A stretch of 64,000 bases of DNA from Verrucomicrobiota bacterium (GTDB lineage Bacteria > Verrucomicrobiota > Verrucomicrobiia > Limisphaerales > AAA164-E04): assembly GCA_047947115.1 (NCBI GenBank), contig CP170459.1:4928001-4992000 (forward strand), in the 5' to 3' direction. A program made the position numbers and the translations under genes. Below the pieces are notes generated by a model. It did no database searches. It was not told where the DNA came from and saw nothing but the letters and a program-made list of their open reading frames with translations. Positions 12,389-22,603 of the stretch are shown here, in pieces. Positions within the stretch are counted from its first letter, which is position 1. Each line of letters opens with the position of its first letter.

Positions 12389-12416
12389 AGGATATTCCAT
12401 TTTGGAATTTCGTCAA
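12389..12416 (-). promoter_or_regulatory. Sigma-70 promoter of the TA pair with embedded palindromic operator
   Basis: Minus strand TTGACG-16 nt-TATCCT. Inverted repeat ATTCCA-N3-TGGAAT (12394-12408) lies across the spacer. Confidence 0.65.
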
Positions 12417-12578
12417 TTATTATTTTTACTTTTGCTGCTTCCGACATCAACGACTGCGGAATCAAACAACCACTGGCATCCGATAATATCTGACCATCGC
12501 TGAGAGGAACGTAACGAGTTTCCATCGAATGCATCCCCTTCCTTTCAGATCTATTCAAACGACCTCCTCGCAAACCAT

Positions 12579-15275
12579 CTATTCATCATTACCAGGACTG
12601 ACGATTCTGAAGAAACTTCCTCCGGCTGTGGTCCTGGTATCTATGACGATTCCTCTCGAATCGGCATCTCCTAAATCACCACTTTGCCATGTTTCCCAGT
12701 GAATGAGATCCTTGGACATTTCAATGGTGAAGGCCTGGGCAAGGGCTCCATTCATCAAAAGCCGGACATTTGAACCACCTCCGGGTGGTTCCGACACGAT
12801 AGACAATCGGACGGGTTCGATATCTGTTGAAGGTGGCGGAGGTACGTCATCCAAGACGATGACCGCTTCGGATGGATACCCCAGTTGGTAGGAATCTCCC
12901 GGTTTCAAAGCCAGATGAAGAGATTCCGGGTCTTCTGCGTCAAGGTCTGAAATGGCAGCCAATTGTATCAAACCCTCAGCTTTCCCAGCAGGAACCAGTA
13001 TCGGCCCCATTCCCTGCAAAATGTTCAGATCCCTTCCCAATTCGATTGACCCTGTGGCTCCAAAATCCACCCAGGTTTCTCTTCCGTCACCCGCCATCCG
13101 CCGTAAATGAAGATCCCGGCTGCGTGGCATGGATTCTGGCAGAATGGAACGGATGGTTTTGACTGGATCATCCAAGCCAGCGATCGAAGGCGGCAGCTCA
13201 AATGAGTCCGGACGAAAATCCCAGAAAACAACCGGTTTGTCACTTCCGCGCAAGACATCATCAAAAACCGTCGATACAACCAGATGATCCAACAGCATGC
13301 GGCCGATGCCGCCGGAAACACTGCTAGGTTGTCGAATGGCCAAAGCTGTTAACTGACTCGATGATGCTTCATCCAAGGCCACGACTGATAAATCCAATTC
13401 TGCCATCGGATTGACCCATAAACTGGTTTGAGCTTCCTGCAATTGGTAAGCCAGGACAATTCTCAGGCGCATGGGCGCAGTAAACACTTCCGGATACCAA
13501 ACATCGGCGCCGGAACTTCCATTGGAAATACCCAACTCAAAGTTTCCTTCGCTACCGGCCACGCTGCGAACAAACAATCTCGCCCGGTAACTGGAAGAAT
13601 TCCCTCCACGCAAGTGCGCCCAATAAGTTCCGTCACCCTCAGGTGCCTTGGCAAAAAACACATCCATCCCCATGTAAAGCATTCCTGGCAAGTTCGGAAC
13701 CTGTTTTTCAGGAATGGGAAAAGAAATATAAACGTCCTCTGCCTGAACTTCATTGACGTCCAATTGACCCGCAAAAGCAAGTATTTCGCTTTCCTCACCG
13801 CTGGCATGCTGCCATCTACCGTAAGAAACTTCGGTCAAGGGACCATCCGGATAATCAAAAGTCTCCTCTAGGACAATGCCAGAAAAGTCGTCACTTTGGA
13901 TCGTGATTTCGACTCTACCCGATGCGATTTGATAAGAAGGATCGCCCAACACGAACAAGATCAAGTTCTCCTCAGATTCAGTCAGGTCATCATTCAGAAT
14001 TTGAACAAACAACTCCAGCCTTGTCTGCCCTGGCTCAAAGGCGGGTGACAGGGGAAAGGACAACTCAAAATCCGTCCCTCTCTCAGCAACGCCTCCCACC
14101 TCCAAAGGTATAGTGAGTGGAGTTTGGACATCACCTTCCCTCTCCAAAACAACCACCCAATCCTGTTCATCCCCCTCTGTCACCGTTAACACCTGGCTCG
14201 AAAGATGAATGGTGGTCAAATCATCGTCTGCAATATGCCACTCAACACTTGAACTCCCTGAAATGTCGTACGACTCCGACTCAACGAATGACATGCTTAG
14301 AATCTCTGAACCTTCCTTTACATCGTCATCCAATATTTCCAAGGTAATCTCTGCCTGAACCTGATTCGGCTCAAAATGAATCTGCCCCACCTGCCCGGTG
14401 TAATCTTCCCCGAAAACAGCCGTGCCGGCCCATAGAATTCCGACATCCAGAGAGACGTCCGTCACTCCGTCTCTTTGAATCACAACCAAAAGGGAAAATC
14501 CCCCCCTTTCGGGGAGGATTTCCATATTGTTGTTGATTCTTAACACCGGTTTTTCAGGGATCACCAGGGCAGTCAAATCGCTGAACTCAGTCGTGACTTT
14601 AAGCGTGTCAATTTTGATATGCCCAATGCCGGAAACCTGTCGAAAGGCAAACTGATCAATGCCCCGGACCGATGCTTCATCTCCGGCAACCCAGTTCAGA
14701 TCATCCTCGGAAACAGGATCAACACCCAACCGCGTGGCTGCTGTGGATGGTTGATAGCTCATCACAATCCGATAACTTTGATTCAGTTCAAGGTTCTGAT
14801 CGAGCATGGTGGAATCCGAAAAACTGGAACCACCGTTGCTGATGCCCAACTTGAAACCGTCACCCTCTTCCGAAGCGGCGATGAATAACCGTCCCCTGAA
14901 GGTCGCCGAGCTACCTCCCCGAAAATGAGCAAAGTACCCACCTCCGCTGGAAGGTTTCTCGGTAACGGTCAACGTAAAGGATGCGTATAGCGTCACATCA
15001 CTTTCCGCATCGTACGATTGATCCGAGAGCGGGATCCCGACATCTTCCGACGCCGAGGATGCGATGTTTAACTGCCCGTTCTGCACCATCAAGTCACCTT
15101 CGGTTCCACTTCGATGTTCCCAAAGAGAACCCTCAGAAGAGACCAGAGGACCGTCAGGATAATTGAATGTCTGATCGACCAACGTCTCGGATTTCACCGA
15201 AAGTGAAAGGACGAAGATCGCGCAAGCGATGCCCCAAAGAGCATCCCGATACCGTGTAGATATGGTTTGTTTCAT
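12579..15275 (-). CDS. Secreted Calx-beta repeat protein with two duplicated beta-sandwich domains
   Basis: Signal peptide. Calx-beta motifs (GTA..G.DY, I.DD...EG.E, I.DDD). Internal duplication TFNYPDGPL/TFDYPDGPL. C-terminal IEMSKDLIHW...FFRI segment. Confidence 0.8.
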   Translation of the reverse strand: MKQTISTRYRDALWGIACAIFVLSLSVKSETLVDQTFNYPDGPLVSSEGSLWEHRSGTEGDLMVQNGQLNIASSASEDVGIPLSDQSYDAESDVTLYASFTLTVTEKPSSGGGYFAHFRGGSSATFRGRLFIAASEEGDGFKLGISNGGSSFSDSTMLDQNLELNQSYRIVMSYQPSTAATRLGVDPVSEDDLNWVAGDEASVRGIDQFAFRQVSGIGHIKIDTLKVTTEFSDLTALVIPEKPVLRINNNMEILPERGGFSLLVVIQRDGVTDVSLDVGILWAGTAVFGEDYTGQVGQIHFEPNQVQAEITLEILDDDVKEGSEILSMSFVESESYDISGSSSVEWHIADDDLTTIHLSSQVLTVTEGDEQDWVVVLEREGDVQTPLTIPLEVGGVAERGTDFELSFPLSPAFEPGQTRLELFVQILNDDLTESEENLILFVLGDPSYQIASGRVEITIQSDDFSGIVLEETFDYPDGPLTEVSYGRWQHASGEESEILAFAGQLDVNEVQAEDVYISFPIPEKQVPNLPGMLYMGMDVFFAKAPEGDGTYWAHLRGGNSSSYRARLFVRSVAGSEGNFELGISNGSSGADVWYPEVFTAPMRLRIVLAYQLQEAQTSLWVNPMAELDLSVVALDEASSSQLTALAIRQPSSVSGGIGRMLLDHLVVSTVFDDVLRGSDKPVVFWDFRPDSFELPPSIAGLDDPVKTIRSILPESMPRSRDLHLRRMAGDGRETWVDFGATGSIELGRDLNILQGMGPILVPAGKAEGLIQLAAISDLDAEDPESLHLALKPGDSYQLGYPSEAVIVLDDVPPPPSTDIEPVRLSIVSEPPGGGSNVRLLMNGALAQAFTIEMSKDLIHWETWQSGDLGDADSRGIVIDTRTTAGGSFFRIVSPGNDE

Positions 15276-15581
15276 GATTATTTTATATTGATGTAATGTT
15301 GACTGATAACAGTGCTCAAAATACTAAGCACAATTTAATCATTATTATTTCAATGAGTTGAGCAATATAAAACAGGTCTTAAAACAAGACATTTGAATCT
15401 AAAATGCGACACACGATTACTTTTATTTCAATAAAACATGAACAACATTGTCCCAATGGGGCGGCGGAAGCGCATTTCAGAATCGCATCTTATTGCACTT
15501 TCCTTGTCTGATTAAAAACCCTGCCCGCCTCACGCAACCTTCGGTTGAACATCCAGCGGCCTCTGCTAAGATGCGTCGCAC

Positions 15582-17933
15582 ATGGCCAATCGAAAACAGA
15601 AGCAATCGGGCAAGAAACCCCAGCCCCACAAGCAGGAACCAGACAAGGGTCTCCCTCCTTGGGTGTGGGGTATTGGGGCTTTGATCCTGGTTGGTTTGCT
15701 GATCTTTTTCAAAAATTCGCAACTTGAGTCGAACGCACGAAAGTCCCAAGCCCCTGACGATGGAGGTCCGGGGTTATCCATGGATCGACTCCGGATTCCG
15801 GACGAAAAAGTCTATGACGCTTATGCCGGGACTGCTTCATGCCGTGAGTGTCATCAGAAGGAATTCGACAAGTGGATGCCTTCCAACCATCGCATGGCTG
15901 AACGTCCCTTGATGACGGATATGGACACTCCGGCGTTTGATCCACCCCATGCTTTCACGATTGCTTCGGTAGAGTCCAAGGCCAGCAAAACAGGTAAAGA
16001 TTACCAGATTCAAACACTGGGAATCACATCAACCAACCAGAATCACCGACTGGAGCGTGTCCTCGGGCACACTCCGTTACGACAATTTCTGACGGATATT
16101 GGCGAAGGACGTATCCAGGCTTTGGATACGTCCTGGGATCCGCACAAAGGTGAGTGGTTTAATGTTTACGGCGAGGAAGATCGACGCCCCGGTGAGTGGG
16201 GACACTGGACTGGGCGTGGTATGAATTGGAACAGTATGTGCGCCGGTTGCCACAACACCCGTTTGAGAAAAAATTACGATTCGGAAACCGACAAATATCA
16301 TACTTCCATGGCCGAAATGTCGGTTGGCTGTGAAGCTTGTCACGGTCCGATGAAAGCGCATGTGCGGCATTACAAGGCGCCGTCCATCTACCCGAAACCA
16401 CCTAAAGCCGTCCTGGGGGAAAGAGATCCTCAACAGATTTTGAACACGTGCGGTTCCTGCCATTCGAGAAGAACCGAATTAACTGGAGATTACGCCCCGG
16501 GAGAGGCTTATTTGGATCATTACTCGCTGGTGATTCCGGATGCCTCCGATCTTTATTACGCGGACGGCCAGGTGCGGGATGAGGATTACGTTTACACTTC
16601 TTTTCTGAGCAGCAAAATGCATCAGGCTGGCGTTCATTGCATGGATTGTCATAATCCCCATTCCAATGAAACCATTCTTCCCGGCAACGCACTTTGCATG
16701 CGATGTCACACGGGAGGGTATCCGAACTCACCAGTCATTGATCCGAACAAACACATGTTTCATCAACCGGATACACCCGGCGGAAATTGTGTGGATTGCC
16801 ACATGCCGCAGACCACCTACATGCAACGTCATCCACGTCGTGATCATGGCTTCACCATTCCGGATCCCCTGCTCACCAAAGAGCTGAACATCCCCAACGC
16901 CTGCAATCGATGTCATGAAGACAAAACCACCGACTGGGCCATCACTGCGGTGGATGAATGGTACGGAGAACGCATGAACCGTCCCACCCGCGACCGCGCG
17001 CGCTGGATCGCCAAAGCCAGGGAAAACACCGAAGGCTCCCACAAACCTTTGTTGGAGATGTTAAAAGACGAAACCACTCCGCCTTTCTGGAAAGCGGTTG
17101 CCACCCGTTTACTGGACACATGGTGGTTCGAACGGGGCGTTATGGACGAAATGGTGAAAGCCACGACCAGCACCAATGCCCTGTTACGCAGCCAGGTCGT
17201 GATGGCCCTTGGACCCGCGGCACAGGCAGGGCAACCGGATGCCATACAAGCTCTCCAAAATAGATTGGAAGATCCCGTTCGCAGCGTGCGTGTCAACGCC
17301 GGATGGTCGATCCGCAATCTGGTGGATCCTGCCTCTTTGACTGGACAGGAATTACAGCACTTCCTGAATCTTCATCTCGATCAACCATCGGGACAAATGC
17401 AGAAAGGCGCCTGGCACCTTGCGCAACAGGACATCGAATCCGCCCTCAAACATTACAGCAAGGCCGTGGAATGGGATCCAAACTCCGCGCCTCTCCGCCA
17501 TGAACTGGCGGTGGTTTACAGCATGGCTGGCATTGGCGACAAAGCTTTGGAACAAATGAAGGAAGCTTGCCGCCTGGACCCCACTGAAGGCGAATATTTT
17601 TACAAACTCGCCCTGGCCTGGAACGAACTCGGCAATAAGGACGAGGTTTTGAAATCACTGGAAAAAGCGGTCGAAGTGGACCCGCGACATTCACGTGCCT
17701 GGTATAATCTTGGCTTGGCACAAAACGACAAGGGATTGAAGGAAGATGCCGTCCGTAGTCTGGTGCGTGGTGAATCGGCCAATCCATTTGACCCTGAGAT
17801 CCCTTACGCACGCGCCACCATCCTCATGGCAATGGGACGCGTGGAAGAAGCTAGGAGAGCGGCGCAGCGTGCATTGGAGATCCAGCCCGATTTCGGTGCG
17901 GCTCAAGGGCTTTTGAACAATCTTGGACGTTGA
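15582..17933 (+). CDS. Membrane-anchored multiheme (8 CxxCH) cytochrome c with HEAT and TPR repeats
   Basis: N-terminal TM helix. CRECH, CAGCH, CEACH, CGSCH, CMDCH, CMRCH, CVDCH, CNRCH. TPRs such as AWYNLGLA in the C-terminal ~190 aa. Confidence 0.9.
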   Translation: MANRKQKQSGKKPQPHKQEPDKGLPPWVWGIGALILVGLLIFFKNSQLESNARKSQAPDDGGPGLSMDRLRIPDEKVYDAYAGTASCRECHQKEFDKWMPSNHRMAERPLMTDMDTPAFDPPHAFTIASVESKASKTGKDYQIQTLGITSTNQNHRLERVLGHTPLRQFLTDIGEGRIQALDTSWDPHKGEWFNVYGEEDRRPGEWGHWTGRGMNWNSMCAGCHNTRLRKNYDSETDKYHTSMAEMSVGCEACHGPMKAHVRHYKAPSIYPKPPKAVLGERDPQQILNTCGSCHSRRTELTGDYAPGEAYLDHYSLVIPDASDLYYADGQVRDEDYVYTSFLSSKMHQAGVHCMDCHNPHSNETILPGNALCMRCHTGGYPNSPVIDPNKHMFHQPDTPGGNCVDCHMPQTTYMQRHPRRDHGFTIPDPLLTKELNIPNACNRCHEDKTTDWAITAVDEWYGERMNRPTRDRARWIAKARENTEGSHKPLLEMLKDETTPPFWKAVATRLLDTWWFERGVMDEMVKATTSTNALLRSQVVMALGPAAQAGQPDAIQALQNRLEDPVRSVRVNAGWSIRNLVDPASLTGQELQHFLNLHLDQPSGQMQKGAWHLAQQDIESALKHYSKAVEWDPNSAPLRHELAVVYSMAGIGDKALEQMKEACRLDPTEGEYFYKLALAWNELGNKDEVLKSLEKAVEVDPRHSRAWYNLGLAQNDKGLKEDAVRSLVRGESANPFDPEIPYARATILMAMGRVEEARRAAQRALEIQPDFGAAQGLLNNLGR

Positions 17934-18125
17934 GGAGCTTTTGCTTCGATGAATTGAATCTTACGCAACTGTGGTCAATGGCAGCCAAAAAAACCAAATA
18001 AAGACCTAAGCCATAACTTACTGCCACTCTACACATAACACTCATAACGCGACCTTTGCCGAATTCGGTCTTGAAATGCGGACCGTTCTGTTGCGAAATG
18101 TTCGCCGAACGAGAGTTGAAACGAT

Positions 18126-18596
18126 ATGTTACTGGGCGAAATCCTGACCAAAGAACAGATCATTCCCGAAATGAAGGCCACCACACGCTGGGAAGCCATC
18201 GAGGAGTTGATAGACAATCTTGTATCCTGCAACAAAATACGACCGCAGGATCGGGAGTCTATCGCCAACGTGGTGAAGAAGCGCGAAACCTCCATGAGCA
18301 CGGGGATTGGCTTTGGTGTGGGGATTCCTCATGCCTCCACCGACCTTATCTATGATGTGGTTGGAGCCTTCGGAAGATCTAAAAGTGGCGTCAATTTTGA
18401 TGCATTGGACAACAAGCCGGTGAATCTGGTGATGCTTTTCCTGGTACCCCAGGGGCAATTCCAGAAGCACCTGCATACCTTGGCAAACATTGCAAAATTG
18501 TTGCACAACAATGAATTCAGGCAGTCACTTGAACAAGCGACCGATGCCGAGGAAATGGAGCGCATCATCAAGGAGAAATCCGCTCCAAAAGCCTGA
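18126..18596 (+). CDS. PTS IIA (Ntr/Fru-type) domain protein
   Basis: RE..MSTGIGFGVGIPHA with the phospho-His, FDALDNKPV, HLHTLA. Confidence 0.92.
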   Translation: MLLGEILTKEQIIPEMKATTRWEAIEELIDNLVSCNKIRPQDRESIANVVKKRETSMSTGIGFGVGIPHASTDLIYDVVGAFGRSKSGVNFDALDNKPVNLVMLFLVPQGQFQKHLHTLANIAKLLHNNEFRQSLEQATDAEEMERIIKEKSAPKA

Positions 18597-18635
18597 GACG
18601 CAATCTCCACTCCTGCCGATTCCTTGCCAAGCAAA

Positions 18636-20396
18636 ATGGAACCTTACAACACTGTGCTGCCCAAACTGATCGAATCCCAACTTCGACAAGCCATTCTGGA
18701 AACTTTTCCAGATGCGGATCCGAGCCTGATTCAGTTGCAGATCTGCACGAATCCCAAATTTGGTGATTACCAGTGCACATCCGTGATGGCCATCGCCAAA
18801 CAGAGGAAAACCAATCCACGTGAATGCGCTCAACAAGTGCTCGAAAGACTGGATTTATCCGACATTGCGGAGGAGCTGCAGTTGGCTGGCCCAGGATTCA
18901 TCAACATCCGCCTGAAACAATCGGCCGTCCAGTCCGCCCTGCTCCAGGCAGCCAGAAGCGGCAGCCATTTTGTCGCCAGGACTTCAACACCTATAACTTC
19001 CGTCATTGATTTCAGTTCCCCGAATGTCGCCAAACCGATGCACGTGGGGCATATTCGGTCCACAATCCTGGGTGACTGCCTGGCCCGCATTCTCCGGTTT
19101 CTGGGACACAATGTGATCACAGACAACCACATCGGGGACTGGGGAACGCAGTTTGGCAAATTGTTGATCGGGTGGAAACATCACTTGGACCGTTCAGCAT
19201 TGGAAGCCGACGCCCTGGGGGAGCTGGAGCGTCTGTACCGAAAAATCAACGCTGACTGCGAAGAAAATGAGGCGGTCCTGGAGTCCGCCCGTCAGGAGCT
19301 GGTCAAATTGCAGAAGGGTGATCAGGAAAACCTCGACATCTGGAAAGAGATGCAGGAGCTGTCCAAAAAGCAGTTTGAAACCGTTTACAACCGCCTGGAC
19401 ATCCGATTTGACCATACCCTTGGGGAAAGCTTTTACAACGACCAATTGCAGGATGTGGTGAAGGATCTTTCGGAAAAGAACATAGCCACCGAAAGTCAGG
19501 GAGCAAAAGTCGTGTTCTTTGAGGACGTCGAGGCGTTGAAAGATCATCCAGCCCTCATCCTCAAAAGCGATGGCGGAGCCAACTACACCACCACGGATCT
19601 GGCGACTCTCGATTATCGACTTGAAACTTGGAAACCTGACGAGATTGTTTACGTTACGGATAGTCGCCAGCAGTTGCATTTCAAACAATTGTTCGAAATT
19701 TTCGGACGCTGGAAACCTGAGGCAAAGGTCAAGCTCCGTCACACCTGGTTTGGATCCATTCTCGGTCCGGACGGCAAACCCTTCAAAACACGATCGGGTG
19801 ACACCGTTAAGTTGAACGACTTGCTGGATGAAGCGGAAGAACGCGCCTTGAAGGCCGTACGGGAGAAGAATCCGGATCTTGATCAGGACGCCGCCAAGGA
19901 AATCGCCCGCATCCTGGGAATCGGAGCCATCAAATACGCGGATCTCCTGCCCAACCGACAGACCGATTATGTTTTTGATTGGGACAAGTTGCTTTCATTG
20001 AGTGGAAACACCGCCCCTTATTTACAATACGCCTGCACCCGCATTCGAAGCATTTTCCGCAAGGCGAACCTGGATGAAACCACTTTTCTGGATAGCCTGG
20101 GAGAGGATGCCGCATTTGAATTGAAACTGGATTCGGATTTTGAAAACAAACTGGCACGTCATTTGATCCATTTCAGTCAAGTGCTGGATTCCGTACTCGA
20201 AGATCATCGTCCCAACTACCTCTGCAACTACCTTTACGAATTGGCCGGGCACTATACGTCGTTCTACGAAAACTGTCCTGTGCTCAAATCGGAAGGCGAT
20301 GTCAAAACAACCCGCTTGGTCCTTTGCTCCCTGACGCGTCAGGTTCTGGCAAAAGGTCTCTCGCTCCTCGGCATCGAGACACCAGAGATGATGTAA
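18636..20396 (+). CDS. argS: Arginine--tRNA ligase
   Basis: FGDYQ, GPGFIN, DFSSPNVAKPMHVGHIRS (HIGH), GDWGTQFG, FKTRSG, GNTAPYLQYA. Confidence 0.98.
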   Translation: MEPYNTVLPKLIESQLRQAILETFPDADPSLIQLQICTNPKFGDYQCTSVMAIAKQRKTNPRECAQQVLERLDLSDIAEELQLAGPGFINIRLKQSAVQSALLQAARSGSHFVARTSTPITSVIDFSSPNVAKPMHVGHIRSTILGDCLARILRFLGHNVITDNHIGDWGTQFGKLLIGWKHHLDRSALEADALGELERLYRKINADCEENEAVLESARQELVKLQKGDQENLDIWKEMQELSKKQFETVYNRLDIRFDHTLGESFYNDQLQDVVKDLSEKNIATESQGAKVVFFEDVEALKDHPALILKSDGGANYTTTDLATLDYRLETWKPDEIVYVTDSRQQLHFKQLFEIFGRWKPEAKVKLRHTWFGSILGPDGKPFKTRSGDTVKLNDLLDEAEERALKAVREKNPDLDQDAAKEIARILGIGAIKYADLLPNRQTDYVFDWDKLLSLSGNTAPYLQYACTRIRSIFRKANLDETTFLDSLGEDAAFELKLDSDFENKLARHLIHFSQVLDSVLEDHRPNYLCNYLYELAGHYTSFYENCPVLKSEGDVKTTRLVLCSLTRQVLAKGLSLLGIETPEMM

Positions 20397-20405
20397 ACCG
20401 GTCCT

Positions 20406-21089
20406 TCATCCTTTGCACTTCAGGGCATGTTTCAGGAGCAAGTCAAACAAACAGGAACGGTCTGCAGCTGATTCAGGTTTAGCTCCATTTTTCAGAAATA
20501 ACTCAAAACCATCCCCCAAGGCCGGACCGTTGAGGATGCAGGCATCTGTTTGGCAAGTAGCGAGTTGATGCATCACTTTTTGGCATAAATCCGGATAACT
20601 CCCCTCAACCTCGTACTTCCAGCCGGCGATCCAGGCTTCAGGAAACCATCCCCGCAGTTGCTTGATAATTTTTGGAGTCGGGATCAATTTCGCCAAAACA
20701 TCTCCTTCGCGGGTCGAAACCTTGCCTGATTTCAGGGATTCCAATTCACCCGAACTCGTTTGCCGATACAGCCCCCCCACAGCAAAATCACTCACGGCAG
20801 CAGCATGAAAGATGGCGTCCACTTTTTCCCGCGCCAGCTCTTCCAGTTGTGCAGACAAATCGGCTGTGGTCGTAAATATTTGTCTCCTGTCTGCCAGAAA
20901 GCCCCCCCCATAAGTTACGTAATACCCAGTCAACAAGGTAACCCTGATCCCCCTGGACATCAGGTACCCGGCAAGCTGGGCGCCAAGAGAACCGGTGGAA
21001 AAATTGGTCAAACGACGCACCTGATCCAGCGGCTCGAAGGTTGGACCGGCTGTGATAACCACATGGAATGGATCCCGAGGTGCAGTCAT
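20406..21089 (-). CDS. Stand-alone phosphopantothenate--cysteine ligase-like protein (CoaB/DFP C-terminal domain)
   Basis: VITAGPTFEPLDQVRRLTNFSTGSLG, HAAAVSDF, PTPKII, GWKYE. Confidence 0.85.
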   Translation of the reverse strand: MTAPRDPFHVVITAGPTFEPLDQVRRLTNFSTGSLGAQLAGYLMSRGIRVTLLTGYYVTYGGGFLADRRQIFTTTADLSAQLEELAREKVDAIFHAAAVSDFAVGGLYRQTSSGELESLKSGKVSTREGDVLAKLIPTPKIIKQLRGWFPEAWIAGWKYEVEGSYPDLCQKVMHQLATCQTDACILNGPALGDGFELFLKNGAKPESAADRSCLFDLLLKHALKCKG

Positions 21090-21249
21090 GACAAGAGAAC
21101 TGGTCGGAAATAACCGACCCGAATTTGGATTGTTACAAACTGATCATATCTTGCGATTACCACAATTTTCGTTCCTTTGCTGCTTGTTAACTCGATTTAA
21201 AATTCATTATGATCCCTCAGTTCTGGTTGAACATAACCAAAGGCAAGCT

Positions 21250-22563
21250 ATGGCATCAAATCCGATTTTTTCAGCATCTTTCCTGTCGCAAAACGTGTTA
21301 AGCGTCATCCTTGGTGGCGGCGCGGGAACACGATTGTTTCCACTCACCAAAGAGCGCAGCAAACCTGCCGTGCCCCTGGGAGGTAAATACCGACTGGTGG
21401 ATGTACCGATTTCCAACTGCATCAACTCCGGGATGCATCGGATATTTGTCATGACGCAATTCCTGTCGGCATCCTTGCACCGACACATCTCCCAATCCTA
21501 CAAATTCGATCATTTCTCACGTGGATTCGTTGAAATCCTTGCGGCCGAACAAACCCCGACCAGCACTTCGTGGTACGAGGGAACCGCAGATGCCGTCCGC
21601 AAGAACCTGATGCATCTGACCAGCCAACCATTCGAATACCTCATCATCCTCAGCGGTGACCAACTCTACCGCATGAATTATCTGGAGATGCTGGCCCACC
21701 ACATCGAGAAGGGAGCCGAATTGACAGTGGCCACCATTCCCGTGGAAAAAGACTGGGTGGATGGATTCGGCATCATGCAGATGAACGACGCCCACGAAAT
21801 CACTCGATTTGTTGAAAAGCCCAAAGATCCGGATCTGCAAGAAGAGCTCAAAATGCCCCGGGACTGGTACGGTAAATTGGACATCGAATCGGAAGCCGAT
21901 CTCTGGCTTGCGTCCATGGGGATTTATATTTTCAATCGCAAAACATTGCTGGAGTTGCTGGACAATTCCCACACGGACTTCGGTAAGCACATCATCCCGG
22001 AAGCCATTAAAACGCACAAAGTGGCTTCTTATGTATATCAGGGCTATTGGGAAGACGTAGGAACCATCAAGGCATTTTTTGAAGCTAATTTGGACCTCAC
22101 CTCTGTGATACCCAAGTTTAATTTCTTTGACATGCAGTCACCCGTGTTCACCCGCCCCAGATTTTTGCCGGCCAGTAAAGTCAATGGCGGACAGATCGAA
22201 TCAACCCTGCTTTCGGATGGTTGCATCGTTCATAAAGCCAAATTGAAAGATTGCATGCTGGGAATTCGAAGTATCGTCGGAGCGGACACCGAAATGGAGC
22301 GTGTGGTCATGATGGGAGGCGATTTTTACGAGTCTCAGGAATCCATCGCCAGACATGCACAGGAAGGTAAACCCGCCATCGGCATCGGTCCACGCACCAA
22401 AATCTACAATGCCATTATCGACAAGGGCGCACGTATCGGCAAGGACTGCGTCATCACTCCCAAAGGGAAGCCGCCCGAGATGGATCATGAGCTTTACCAC
22501 ATAAGAGACGGCATCGTGATCATCCCCAAGAACGCCATCGTACCGGACGGCACGGTCATTTGA
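21250..22563 (+). CDS. glgC: Glucose-1-phosphate adenylyltransferase
   Basis: ILGGGAGTRLFPLTKERSKPAVPLGGKYRL, WYEGTADAV, SGDQLY, FVEKP, ASMGIY, YWEDVGT. Confidence 0.97.
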   Translation: MASNPIFSASFLSQNVLSVILGGGAGTRLFPLTKERSKPAVPLGGKYRLVDVPISNCINSGMHRIFVMTQFLSASLHRHISQSYKFDHFSRGFVEILAAEQTPTSTSWYEGTADAVRKNLMHLTSQPFEYLIILSGDQLYRMNYLEMLAHHIEKGAELTVATIPVEKDWVDGFGIMQMNDAHEITRFVEKPKDPDLQEELKMPRDWYGKLDIESEADLWLASMGIYIFNRKTLLELLDNSHTDFGKHIIPEAIKTHKVASYVYQGYWEDVGTIKAFFEANLDLTSVIPKFNFFDMQSPVFTRPRFLPASKVNGGQIESTLLSDGCIVHKAKLKDCMLGIRSIVGADTEMERVVMMGGDFYESQESIARHAQEGKPAIGIGPRTKIYNAIIDKGARIGKDCVITPKGKPPEMDHELYHIRDGIVIIPKNAIVPDGTVI

Positions 22564-22603
22564 TCATCGACGGACTCAAACTATTTCGTCATTCTTGAAG
22601 GAT

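Noticed and set aside
21052..21249. Long N-terminal extension of GlgC (also 31616-31900 for the serine hydrolase)
   Set aside because: These extensions overlap divergent genes or promoter regions. Family homology starts at the downstream ATG.
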